The translations under genes were made by a program, and so were the position numbers. Below, piece after piece: positions 29,239 to 37,596 of a stretch of 45,204 nucleotides of DNA. Every line of letters begins with the position of its first letter. Position 1 is the first letter of the stretch. Origin of the DNA: Thermodesulfobacteriota bacterium (GTDB lineage: Bacteria; Desulfobacterota; Desulfobacteria; Desulfobacterales; SURF-7). The stretch covers positions 1-45,204 of the forward strand of contig JBMORA010000062.1 of assembly GCA_049320885.1 (NCBI GenBank). The letters are read 5' to 3'. The notes beneath the pieces are model-generated. The model worked only from the letters and a program-made list of their open reading frames with translations, did no database searches and was not told the DNA's origin.

Positions 29239-29590
29239 TACCACAGTGTGGAAGGGCTGCTTCATGAGAATTCCCAAGGCGATTGATAGCAGACCAGTCA
29301 TCAGGTCCGTCACGGTTGCCCATATCGTTTTTTTATTTTTTTTCAGTCACTTGTTCCAGAAATGAAATTGTATTGACACCCATGGCCTTTTTGGGCATAG
29401 TCGGCCCTGCAAAATCCAGGACGGACGGATTGTCGGAATCCCGTCGGTCCTTGGGGTAACGCACCGTAATTGATATACAATAATATATCCATGGCAAATG
29501 GACAGTGAACGACGGCCCATGATAAAGACGTCAACCGGCCGCGGGGGCGGCGCCCATGTGGGTCCAAATTCCGACAGGGAATAGACTATA

Positions 29591-30538
29591 ATGAAAGCAA
29601 TGCGTTGGTTATCCATCTGGTGTTTCTTGCTTCCGGTGATCGCCTGTGCCTCCTTTCCTTCCATCAACGGCCCGAATGAATTCGGTTTGAGGAATTGTGA
29701 CGAAAAATTTCAGGCGGAATACCGGTTGATGAAGAACAATCTCAACCTCGCCATGCGGGAAAACGAGGTTGTCAAAGGAGAAAACGGTCAACTCAAGGAC
29801 AACGTCAGCGCCCTTCAGACGGACCTCGCATCCCTGCACCAGAAATACGATCAGGACATGGCGTCCATGACCGGCAAGCTGGAATCCCTGCAGGTCCGGT
29901 TTCAGGACCTGGAAACCCAGAGCAATGCGAAAATCCAGGAATTGACCGACCTCCATCTGGCAGTTGAAAACAAACTCGCCCAGGAAACAACCAGGTTTGA
30001 AGAGACGCTGAAAACCCAACAGGAAAAATCTAATTCGGAACGTCAGGCCATGGAATCCGATTTCGCCGCCCAAAAAGCGGACTATGAAAACCGCCTGGCG
30101 TTGTTGTCGAAAGACCTGAACGAAAAGCAGACCGCCTTGACGGCCCTGAAGAAAGACCACACCAAGGCCAAGTCGAAGATCGAAACCATGCAGAAAACCA
30201 TCGCCGACAACCAGAAGATGATGGGAACCATGCAAAAGAGCATCGACGACTATAACGCCACCCTGGCAACCATGCGAAAAAGCCTGGATGAAAACCAGAC
30301 CGCTTTGGCCGCCAAACAGAAAACCATCGACGAGAACCAGGCCGCACTAGCAGCCAAGCAAAAATCCATCGATGAATACAAGGCAACCGTGGCGGCCTTG
30401 CAGCAGACCATTCAGAGCAACCGGACCGCCATGGCCGCCATGCAGCAAACCATTGACGACCAACGGGCGATGCCTGAAAATCAGGCGCCGCAAGCATCAC
30501 CGGTCCCGGCAGCAACCCAACAGACGCCGGCGGAATAG
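29591..30538 (+). CDS. Coiled-coil lipoprotein with 14-aa repeats
   Basis: Lipobox-like LLPVIAC, long heptad-rich body, Pro/Ala/Gln tail. Confidence 0.75.
   Translation: MKAMRWLSIWCFLLPVIACASFPSINGPNEFGLRNCDEKFQAEYRLMKNNLNLAMRENEVVKGENGQLKDNVSALQTDLASLHQKYDQDMASMTGKLESLQVRFQDLETQSNAKIQELTDLHLAVENKLAQETTRFEETLKTQQEKSNSERQAMESDFAAQKADYENRLALLSKDLNEKQTALTALKKDHTKAKSKIETMQKTIADNQKMMGTMQKSIDDYNATLATMRKSLDENQTALAAKQKTIDENQAALAAKQKSIDEYKATVAALQQTIQSNRTAMAAMQQTIDDQRAMPENQAPQASPVPAATQQTPAE
30188..30481 (+). repeat. Seven imperfect 42-bp coding repeats (xQKtIDdnqaalAa)
   Basis: MQKTIADNQKMMGT / MQKSIDDYNATLAT / MRKSLDENQTALAA / KQKTIDENQAALAA / KQKSIDEYKATVAA / LQQTIQSNRTAMAA / MQQTIDDQRAMPEN. Confidence 0.85.
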
Positions 30539-30567
30539 CATCCACCGGCAAAAGGCCGACAATAACT

Positions 30568-32709
30568 ATGAAACCCGAAGCCCTCATCGTGAAATTACCG
30601 ACTTATGCACTTCTGAGCATCTTGCTGCTGTTTCCGGCCCTCTCCGCGGCCGAAACAACTACCGAAACCGTCACCCTGCTTTTGACGTCCAACCTGAAAG
30701 GGAAATTCACCGTTTCGACGGAAAACCAGGATCAGAACGATCCCATGCTGGTGATGGCCCAGTCGCTGATCAACGAACGCAACAATAAAGGCGCCGACCT
30801 GTTGATCGATCTCGGCAATGCCTTTTACCCCGGACTGCTCTCCCGGTTTTCCTATGGGTCCCTGATGATGGACTACCTGGATTACATCGGATTTTCCGCG
30901 ACCCTGGTATCCTCCCAGGATCTCAACATCGGCATCAACAACCTGGAATTCCTGAGCCAGAGGAAAAAAACGGCCCTGCTTTCGGCCAATATCGAAAAAA
31001 ACGGCCAACCGGTTTTCGCGCCCTACATGAAAGCCCGCATCAAGGGCAAAACCATCGCCTTCGTCGGCATCACCAACCCGTCGGGTTTTTTTGACATTGC
31101 GGAAAAAGAACTCTTCGACGCATCCTTCAGCGACATCAACACCACGCTGTCCATCACCATCGACAAGCTCCGCCTGGAACAGACGGACCATATCGTGCTC
31201 CTCTCCGGTCTTTCCTATGAAGACAATGTCAAAATCATGAAAAAGAACAAGGATGTCTCCCTCTGCATCAGCGGTGGCGACAACCGGGGCCAAATCTATA
31301 CCGCAAAGGCCAAGCGGGTGGATCTGGATTCCGGCAGATCCTTGGTGACATTGACCAATACCCGGGATTATCACTTGCTGACCTTGGCGCTGGGTGAAAA
31401 ACTGGAAGTCGGCAGGCTGGTCTCCAAAACCCCGCGAGGCGGCCCGACGGATACCCAGAACTACATCGGTCTCGTCAAGCGGCTGAGTCTCTGGAAATCC
31501 CGTTTCGCGGTCGAGGGAGACGAAACCGTGGCGGAAGAACTTCCCGGAGAAGTCCAGGTGGATGTCACCAAGGTGGCGGAACTCCTCCGCCATCGGTTCG
31601 CCGTGGAAATCGTCATGCTGGGGAAAAACACGATAACCCCCGGAACCTTCTCGGGAAGGGTGACGTATTCGGATGTCATCACCATGGTGAACAACGAGTT
31701 GCCCATATTCACCTACCGGCTTTCCGGCAAGGAGCTCAAAACCGCAGTCACGGATTTGAAACAGATCGTCGTCACCGGCACCGATGGCAAATCCGTCCAG
31801 GGCTATCCCATCGATGACAAACGGAATTACCTGATCTGTTCCACCCAGCAGATTTACGACCGCTTGACCCGGAAATTCAACCGGGCCATCCCGTTTAAAA
31901 ATTCCTGGAAGACCGTTCCCGATGAAATCCGGGCGGATCTGAAGGGCGAACGGATCATCACCCGGAAGGATTTCAGCTATCTCGATAGACGCTTCGCGTT
32001 GCTGGTGGATGTATATCTGTCGAATTTTTATGAGCAGTCCGACGTATCCCGGGGCGACAAGAAAGATGTCCCTCCGGGCAAGCCCGCCGATTCCTACACC
32101 AAGTGGGGGATTGAGGACCAGATCGATTTTACCATCTACAATCGCTATCACAAACTGATCCTGACCCCTTACATTTACTTCGTCAGCAAGGACGATGATT
32201 ATTTGCAGAACATCCTGAGGGGCACGCTTTTTTACACCTACAATTTGAACACCCTGCTGAAGCCCTACCACAAATCCCAGGTGGACACGGTGGTTCAAGT
32301 GGTGGATGAACAACGGCCGGTGATATTTCGGGAAACCGTTGGCGCCTTCTTTGAAACCCAATACCTCACCGGCAAACTGGGTGTCGGTTTTGAAAAGCAG
32401 ACCCGGGATCCCGAAAAGGAAGTTTTCAACGGTTTTGAAGCCGTGGCCGACGCGGACATCGACCTGTGGCAGAATATTTCCTATGTGTTCAACCTGGATT
32501 CCTTCTACGGCTTTGAACGCATCGATACGAGCAAGCGCCAGTTGCGCTCGAGCATCACCAACGGCCTGTCCTTCAAGATCAATTCGTTCCTGGCCCTGTC
32601 GGCCAAGCACAAATGGACTTTTTTCGACGCAACGGAATATAAAGAAAAATACACCGAGTCCCTTGTTCTGCTGGGGCTCGATGTCACCACGGATTTCAAG
32701 GTGTTCTGA
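30568..32709 (+). CDS. Exported degenerate 5'-nucleotidase/metallophosphoesterase-like protein with a probable C-terminal outer-membrane beta-barrel
   Basis: Signal peptide; LLTSNLKG, LIDLGNAF, LLSANI, IAFVGIT, IVLLS; 5'-nucleotidase C-domain-like LSGKELK; C-terminal amphipathic strands ending in Phe. Confidence 0.7.
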   Translation: MKPEALIVKLPTYALLSILLLFPALSAAETTTETVTLLLTSNLKGKFTVSTENQDQNDPMLVMAQSLINERNNKGADLLIDLGNAFYPGLLSRFSYGSLMMDYLDYIGFSATLVSSQDLNIGINNLEFLSQRKKTALLSANIEKNGQPVFAPYMKARIKGKTIAFVGITNPSGFFDIAEKELFDASFSDINTTLSITIDKLRLEQTDHIVLLSGLSYEDNVKIMKKNKDVSLCISGGDNRGQIYTAKAKRVDLDSGRSLVTLTNTRDYHLLTLALGEKLEVGRLVSKTPRGGPTDTQNYIGLVKRLSLWKSRFAVEGDETVAEELPGEVQVDVTKVAELLRHRFAVEIVMLGKNTITPGTFSGRVTYSDVITMVNNELPIFTYRLSGKELKTAVTDLKQIVVTGTDGKSVQGYPIDDKRNYLICSTQQIYDRLTRKFNRAIPFKNSWKTVPDEIRADLKGERIITRKDFSYLDRRFALLVDVYLSNFYEQSDVSRGDKKDVPPGKPADSYTKWGIEDQIDFTIYNRYHKLILTPYIYFVSKDDDYLQNILRGTLFYTYNLNTLLKPYHKSQVDTVVQVVDEQRPVIFRETVGAFFETQYLTGKLGVGFEKQTRDPEKEVFNGFEAVADADIDLWQNISYVFNLDSFYGFERIDTSKRQLRSSITNGLSFKINSFLALSAKHKWTFFDATEYKEKYTESLVLLGLDVTTDFKVF

Positions 32710-32711
32710 TA

Positions 32712-32748
32712 GAGCCGCCCCCGCCTTCAAGAGGCGGAGGCGGCTTTT
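32712..32748 (+). terminator. Intrinsic terminator hairpin between convergent genes
   Basis: GAGCCGCC-C-CCGCCT / TCAAG / AGGCGG-A-GGCGGCTTTT. Confidence 0.7.
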
Positions 32749-34166
32749 CCGGCCAACCGGTAGTCTTCCTTCGACAGCCCGAATTTTTTCATTTTTTCAT
32801 AAAGACCGCGCGGATGGATGCCGGCCTTCAGGGCGGCCTTGTTGAGATGGCCGTTGGTTTCCGCCAGCACCATTTTCAGGTAGGCGTGTTCCACCAGGTC
32901 GATGATTTCATCGCGGACCTCGGGAAGGCTTTTATAACGCCATTCCGGATGAACGGTTTCCGAAATCGAGTCCAGGAAGGATATCTTGCCGTTCTGGGCA
33001 TGGATTCCCTGGGGCAAATCCTTGGCCGTAATGGTGTCGCCGTGGCAGAGAATCACCGCCCGCTCGATGACGTTGATCAGCTCACGCACATTCCCCGGCC
33101 ATTCGTAGTGCATGAGTTTTTCCAGGGCCTCCTGGGAGATCTGGTTGCTCTCGCGGTTCATCTTGATGCAAAGACGCTCCAGATATTGGTCAACCAGAAT
33201 GGGAATATCCTCGCGCCGGCTGCGCAGCGGCGGAACCGTCAGGGTGATCACGCCCAGCCGGTAGTAAAGGTCGCGGCGGAAAAGCCCTTTTTCGATTTCC
33301 TCTTCCAGGTTGCGGTTGGTGGCGGCGATCACCCGGATATCCACCCAGGTCGCCTTTTCGCTGCCCACCGGACGGACTTCGTATTCCTGCAAGACCCGCA
33401 GGAGCTTGGCCTGAAGATGCAGCGGCAGATCTCCGATTTCATCCAGGAATATCGTTCCCCCATGGGCCAGCTCAAACGCTCCGCGGCGCGGGCGCACGGC
33501 GCCGGTAAAGGCGCCCTCCTCATGGCCGAACAATTCGCTTTCCAAAAGGGCTTCCGGCAGCGCAGCGCAATTCACCGGCAAAAAAGGCCCGGTGGAACGC
33601 GGGCCCTCGGCATGAATCACCTTCGCGAGGTGCTCCTTACCCACTCCGGTCTCGCCGAGAATCAAAACCGGCGCATTGCAGGGAATGACTTTCTTGACCA
33701 TGTCCATGAAAATCTGCATCTGGGGGCAATCCGAAACAAAAGTGCTGAGCTTGGGCTGTGAATCGGTGCGCCTGTCCAGCCATGATTTTTGCACCAGTTG
33801 ACGCCGCGACTCCAGGGTCGTTTCGATGGCCTCGGCCAGCGTCTTGCGCGGCAAGCCGGCGAAAAGCACCACATCCGCCCCCCAGGCCACCAGATTGGCG
33901 TGTTCTTCCGGAGAATCGCTGTTGTGCAGCACGATGGTCGTCGGGTTTTCCGGCAGGTCATTGATCAAGGCGATGGCCGATTCGGGTGGTTTCGGCATCA
34001 GCTTCGTGTTCAATACAAAAATGTCGCCGCTGGTCTTGACCGCCTTCTGAAACGGATTGGCGCAGTTACCCACGGACTCGACGCGCACGTCCGGCTGGGC
34101 GAAACGTTCGGTCAGAAAAACTTCCAGGCTTTTGTTTTTTATGGCAAGAACAAGACGCAGCAGCAT
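32727..34166 (-). CDS. Sigma54-dependent enhancer-binding transcriptional activator (degenerate receiver-like N-domain, AAA+, Fis HTH)
   Basis: [45 protein letters not shown]-terminal HTH. AGGGAG RBS before ATG 34166. Confidence 0.95.
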   Translation of the reverse strand: MLLRLVLAIKNKSLEVFLTERFAQPDVRVESVGNCANPFQKAVKTSGDIFVLNTKLMPKPPESAIALINDLPENPTTIVLHNSDSPEEHANLVAWGADVVLFAGLPRKTLAEAIETTLESRRQLVQKSWLDRRTDSQPKLSTFVSDCPQMQIFMDMVKKVIPCNAPVLILGETGVGKEHLAKVIHAEGPRSTGPFLPVNCAALPEALLESELFGHEEGAFTGAVRPRRGAFELAHGGTIFLDEIGDLPLHLQAKLLRVLQEYEVRPVGSEKATWVDIRVIAATNRNLEEEIEKGLFRRDLYYRLGVITLTVPPLRSRREDIPILVDQYLERLCIKMNRESNQISQEALEKLMHYEWPGNVRELINVIERAVILCHGDTITAKDLPQGIHAQNGKISFLDSISETVHPEWRYKSLPEVRDEIIDLVEHAYLKMVLAETNGHLNKAALKAGIHPRGLYEKMKKFGLSKEDYRLAGKAASAS

Positions 34167-34202
34167 ATCCTTCTCCCTTCTTGGCGGTCGTTTTTCTTTT
34201 TC

Positions 34203-34395
34203 CGGTAAAAATTTACCGATTCTTTTTTCCAGAAATCCAGCGACGGCCAGCATCCACCATGGGTAAATGAAATTCTGCAAATCGGCCCGCTTTTTTCCAT
34301 CGCATCTGACGCTAAAAAGCACCGGTTGTCAATCCTTTTCCGTAATTTTTTACCGGTTTTTCCGATCACAACCGAATTTCGGTATCCGGTTACCA
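34203..34395. promoter_or_regulatory. Three copies of the palindrome CGGTAA-N4-TTACCG; candidate upstream activator sequences
   Basis: 34203 CGGTAA-AAAT-TTACCG; 34340 CCGTAA-TTTT-TTACCG; 34380 CGGTAT-CCGG-TTACCA. Confidence 0.65.
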
Positions 34396-34481
34396 TTTTA
34401 TCCCAATACCGGCGGCGCCAGCACCGATTTAACCAGCTATTTTACTTATATTTAATTAAAATCCGTCCCCATCAAACCTGC

Positions 34482-34497
34482 TGGTATGTTTTTTGCT
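34482..34497 (+). promoter_or_regulatory. Sigma54 (-24/-12) promoter TGGTATG-TTTT-TTGCT
   Basis: GG at 34483-84 and GC at 34495-96 with exact 10-bp spacing. AT-rich tract at 34426-34460 upstream. Adjacent to a divergent sigma54 activator. Confidence 0.8.
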
Positions 34498-34514
34498 GTC
34501 AGTCCTGGCAATCC

Positions 34515-34781
34515 ATGGCGGTATCCTTGTCCACGAATACGGACAAGCCCGGACGGAAAACTTCCCACTTCAGGAGACTGCGAATCTTGGGCGACGACGA
34601 ACTTGATTTTCATGCCGACGATGAGAAAGAGGCGGATTTCGAAGACGGAGACGACAAGCGCGCTCGACGGAAAAACCGTTCGGAGAGAGGGAACCGGTAC
34701 GAAGACATGGAGAAATTGGATCGTGAACGCACTCGAAGAAAAGCCCGTCGCGAAAAGCGCCGGAAAGGTGACTTGGGGTGA
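34515..34781 (+). CDS. Small highly charged, probably disordered protein (84-88 aa)
   Basis: First ORF after the sigma54 promoter. ATG 34515, or TTG 34527 after a GGCGGT RBS-like site. Acidic centre and Arg/Lys-rich tail. Confidence 0.55.
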   Translation: MAVSLSTNTDKPGRKTSHFRRLRILGDDELDFHADDEKEADFEDGDDKRARRKNRSERGNRYEDMEKLDRERTRRKARREKRRKGDLG

Positions 34782-34783
34782 AC

Positions 34784-34811
34784 TTGGATTGATTCGATTG
34801 GATTGATTCGA
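34784..34811 (+). repeat. Exact tandem duplication of TTGGATTGATTCGA (2 x 14 bp)
   Basis: Read directly between the small ORF and the SpeD-like gene. Confidence 0.85.
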
Positions 34812-34884
34812 AGGGGGACCGACCGATAGGCAATTCGGCCATGATCTGAGATCATCAACACACATCTTGCGGAAAGGAAACAAC

Positions 34885-35283
34885 ATGAGACTGGAAAGCA
34901 CGAGCGCCATACGGGAAACAGCGATTGCACTGGGCGTCTGGGGCATTTCTTCAAGCATCGACATTTACGACTGCAACCCCGAACTGATCCGGGACGCGGA
35001 AGCCATCCGCCGCTTTGTTGTCGAGCTGTGCGATCTCATCGAGATGAAACGGTTCGGCGAAACCCTGGTGGTCCATTTCGGCGAGGACGAAAAGGTCGCC
35101 GGCTACTCCATGGTCCAATTGATTGAAACATCGCTGATCTCGGCCCATTTCGCCAATCTGACCAATACGGTGTATCTGGACGTTTTCAGCTGCAAACCCT
35201 ATGTGCCGGACGTCGTCAAGGACTTTGCCGAAACATTTTTTAAAGGCGGCCGCAGTGTCATGCATGTGACCCTGCGTCAATGA
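34885..35283 (+). CDS. Pyruvoyl-dependent decarboxylase proenzyme of the S-adenosylmethionine decarboxylase (class 1B SpeD) family; substrate uncertain
   Basis: IDIYDC, HFG..GYSMVQLIETSLISAHF, YLDVFSCK; AAAGGA RBS. Confidence 0.85.
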   Translation: MRLESTSAIRETAIALGVWGISSSIDIYDCNPELIRDAEAIRRFVVELCDLIEMKRFGETLVVHFGEDEKVAGYSMVQLIETSLISAHFANLTNTVYLDVFSCKPYVPDVVKDFAETFFKGGRSVMHVTLRQ

Positions 35284-35318
35284 ACCGCACCGGAGCAATG
35301 CATTCCCATGGATGAACC

Positions 35319-36278
35319 ATGCTGAATATCCGTATTGAAAACGATATCGACCGGTGCGGAGTTCTGTGGCAGCGGCTGTGGCCGGATCAGTGCCTGTTCG
35401 ACCGCTGGGACGTCCGGTTGGCCTTTCATCGGCATTTCGGCCGGCCGCCGCATTTTATCGTGGCCGAGAGAGCCGGCCGGCCGGTGGGCCTGCTGCCCCT
35501 CAGCTGGATTGAAGAGGAAGGATATTACGGCTGTTTCCCGGGGGAAACCTGGAAGGGGAAAACCTGGCTGGAGCAAAACCGGGTTCCCGCCGAATCCCAT
35601 GACATCCGGCAGCAGCTCTGGCTCGCCGGTCCCGATGATATCCGTATGCGCTATCTGCTTCCCGAAGAATCCCCCGGCAGCGCGGAAACCGATGAAACCG
35701 GTTATCTGTTTCATCCGTTGAAATACGGCGGGAACATAGATGCCTATTGGGCGGAATTCTCCGGAAAGTCGAGAAAACAGCTCAAACGGGAAGCTTCCGT
35801 CTATGCCGACAGGGACTGCCATTTTCAGGAAAACGCCTTCGATGACATCGACTGGATGTTCGAAACCAATCTGGCCAATTTCGGCACCAACTCCTATTTC
35901 CACGACCCCCGTTTTCAGAACGGGTTCGATGTCATGCTGACCCTCTTGCGCGACCTGAAGTCCCTGCGCACCGTAACCGTCCGGGTGAACGGGAAAAAAG
36001 CGGCCGTTGACGTCGGCGCCGTTTACCACGGTCGTTACACCGTCCTGGCCGGGGCCACGGATCCGGCCTTCCCGGGAATCGCCAAAACCATCAACCTGTT
36101 TCATCTGGAATGGGGCTGCGGCCGGAAATTTGACGAAATCGATTTTTTGTGCGGCGACTTTGGCTGGAAAACCAGATTTCATCTTCATCCCCGCCCCCTG
36201 TGCATCGCCCGAAAAAACGCCGCGGAACATTATGAAATAAAGCATACAGCAAAGGCGGCCGTCCTTGAGGCATCCTAA
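35319..36278 (+). CDS. GNAT-superfamily acyl/aminoacyl transferase (Fem/BcsL-like double GNAT)
   Basis: VGLLPL, YWAEFSGKSRKQLKRE, VRVNGKKAAV, IDFLCGDFGWKTRF. Confidence 0.8.
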   Translation: MLNIRIENDIDRCGVLWQRLWPDQCLFDRWDVRLAFHRHFGRPPHFIVAERAGRPVGLLPLSWIEEEGYYGCFPGETWKGKTWLEQNRVPAESHDIRQQLWLAGPDDIRMRYLLPEESPGSAETDETGYLFHPLKYGGNIDAYWAEFSGKSRKQLKREASVYADRDCHFQENAFDDIDWMFETNLANFGTNSYFHDPRFQNGFDVMLTLLRDLKSLRTVTVRVNGKKAAVDVGAVYHGRYTVLAGATDPAFPGIAKTINLFHLEWGCGRKFDEIDFLCGDFGWKTRFHLHPRPLCIARKNAAEHYEIKHTAKAAVLEAS

Positions 36279-37533
36279 TCGCGTTCTGGTGGTGGGCACC
36301 ACGCCGGATTATATCGATCATATCCGCCGCAGAAAACCCGGGCGGGCTGTTTTCATCACCGACCCGGACACGCTTCCCTCATCGACGCCGGCCGCGACAA
36401 CCGCGGAGGACGAACTGATCTGCCCGTTGCGGGAAGAAGATCGGGTGATCGCGGAGCTGCAATCCTTTCTGGATGCCCGCCACATCACACCCAGCGGCGT
36501 GGCCTGTTTCGACTGCGAATCCCTCGCCATGGCCGCGGCCATCGCCGCAAACTGGAAGCTGCCGTTTCCCTCAAGCCGGACCGTCCTGCTCTGCCGCGAC
36601 AAACTGGTCTGCAAACAACGCTGGTACGCTTACGGGGTGCCGTGCCCCAAGGTGATGGAAATCGGCGGTCCGGAAGACCTGGAGTCGTTGCTGGCGGAAA
36701 CCGAATCCGGCATCATCGTGAAACCCCTTTCCGGCAGCGGCAGCGAGTTGGTCTTTCGGTGCAATACGCCGGCGGAAGCCACGGACGCCTATCGAATCAT
36801 AACGGCAGGACTCGCAACCAGAAGCGGCCACCGGATGTACCAGCCGTCTGCCGGCAGGGGCCGCCCCCCCATCATCGCGGAAGAATTCATTCATGGTGAA
36901 GAATACAGCTGCGATGTCCTCATCAAATCAGAGCAAGTGAAAATCATACGGACGGCCAGGAAATATTTCCCGGAAAAAGGTCCTGTCGGCACGACCCGGG
37001 CCTATGAAATTCCGGCAGAGCTTCCGGTCACGACCGACGTCTCTGCGTTCATGGCATATATTTCCGCCGCCGTCAAAGCGGTGGAAATGACGGACGGCCT
37101 GTGCATGCTCGACTTCATCGTCCGCAACGGACGACCCTATTTCCTGGAAATCTCTCCCCGTCCGGGGGGCGATTGCCTTCCGTCCCTGATCGAGGAAAGC
37201 TGCGGTTTCGATATGATCAGCGCGGCCATCGATCACGCCGAAGGCCTGTGGCTGATGATTCCACCCGGGAATGCCTGGAAACGCCTCTTGGGGGTGCGAC
37301 TGCATGCCGAGCGTCCCGGCCGGCTGAAAGCCATCCGCCCGCTGCTGAACGGTTATGAAAACCGAATCCGTTCCATGGTCTGGTTGAAACAGCCCGGGGA
37401 TCTGATCCGGGTTCCCCCGGAAGATTATGGTTCCTGGCTGCTGGGATTCGTCATTTTCGAGCCGCTCAACGGCCAACCCGTCCCGCACCAGATACGCGAT
37501 CTGCAAAAACGGATCGAGGTGGATATCCAATGA
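36265..37533 (+). CDS. ATP-grasp amide/peptide ligase (L-amino acid ligase-like)
   Basis: CRDKLVCK, IVKPLSGSGSELV, AEEFIHGEEYSCD, FLEISPRPGG. TTG start overlaps the GNAT end. Confidence 0.88.
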   Translation: MRHPNRVLVVGTTPDYIDHIRRRKPGRAVFITDPDTLPSSTPAATTAEDELICPLREEDRVIAELQSFLDARHITPSGVACFDCESLAMAAAIAANWKLPFPSSRTVLLCRDKLVCKQRWYAYGVPCPKVMEIGGPEDLESLLAETESGIIVKPLSGSGSELVFRCNTPAEATDAYRIITAGLATRSGHRMYQPSAGRGRPPIIAEEFIHGEEYSCDVLIKSEQVKIIRTARKYFPEKGPVGTTRAYEIPAELPVTTDVSAFMAYISAAVKAVEMTDGLCMLDFIVRNGRPYFLEISPRPGGDCLPSLIEESCGFDMISAAIDHAEGLWLMIPPGNAWKRLLGVRLHAERPGRLKAIRPLLNGYENRIRSMVWLKQPGDLIRVPPEDYGSWLLGFVIFEPLNGQPVPHQIRDLQKRIEVDIQ

Positions 37534-37596
37534 GCTTCCACTGGTCCGACGCCGGAAGCCGGAGCGGCGGTTCATCCCGGCCGCCATCGAAGGCAG

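Noticed and set aside
30595..32730. 711-aa minus-strand ORF
   Set aside because: Antisense shadow of the 30568-32709 gene. No recognisable motifs, and long shadow ORFs are expected with GC-biased codon usage.
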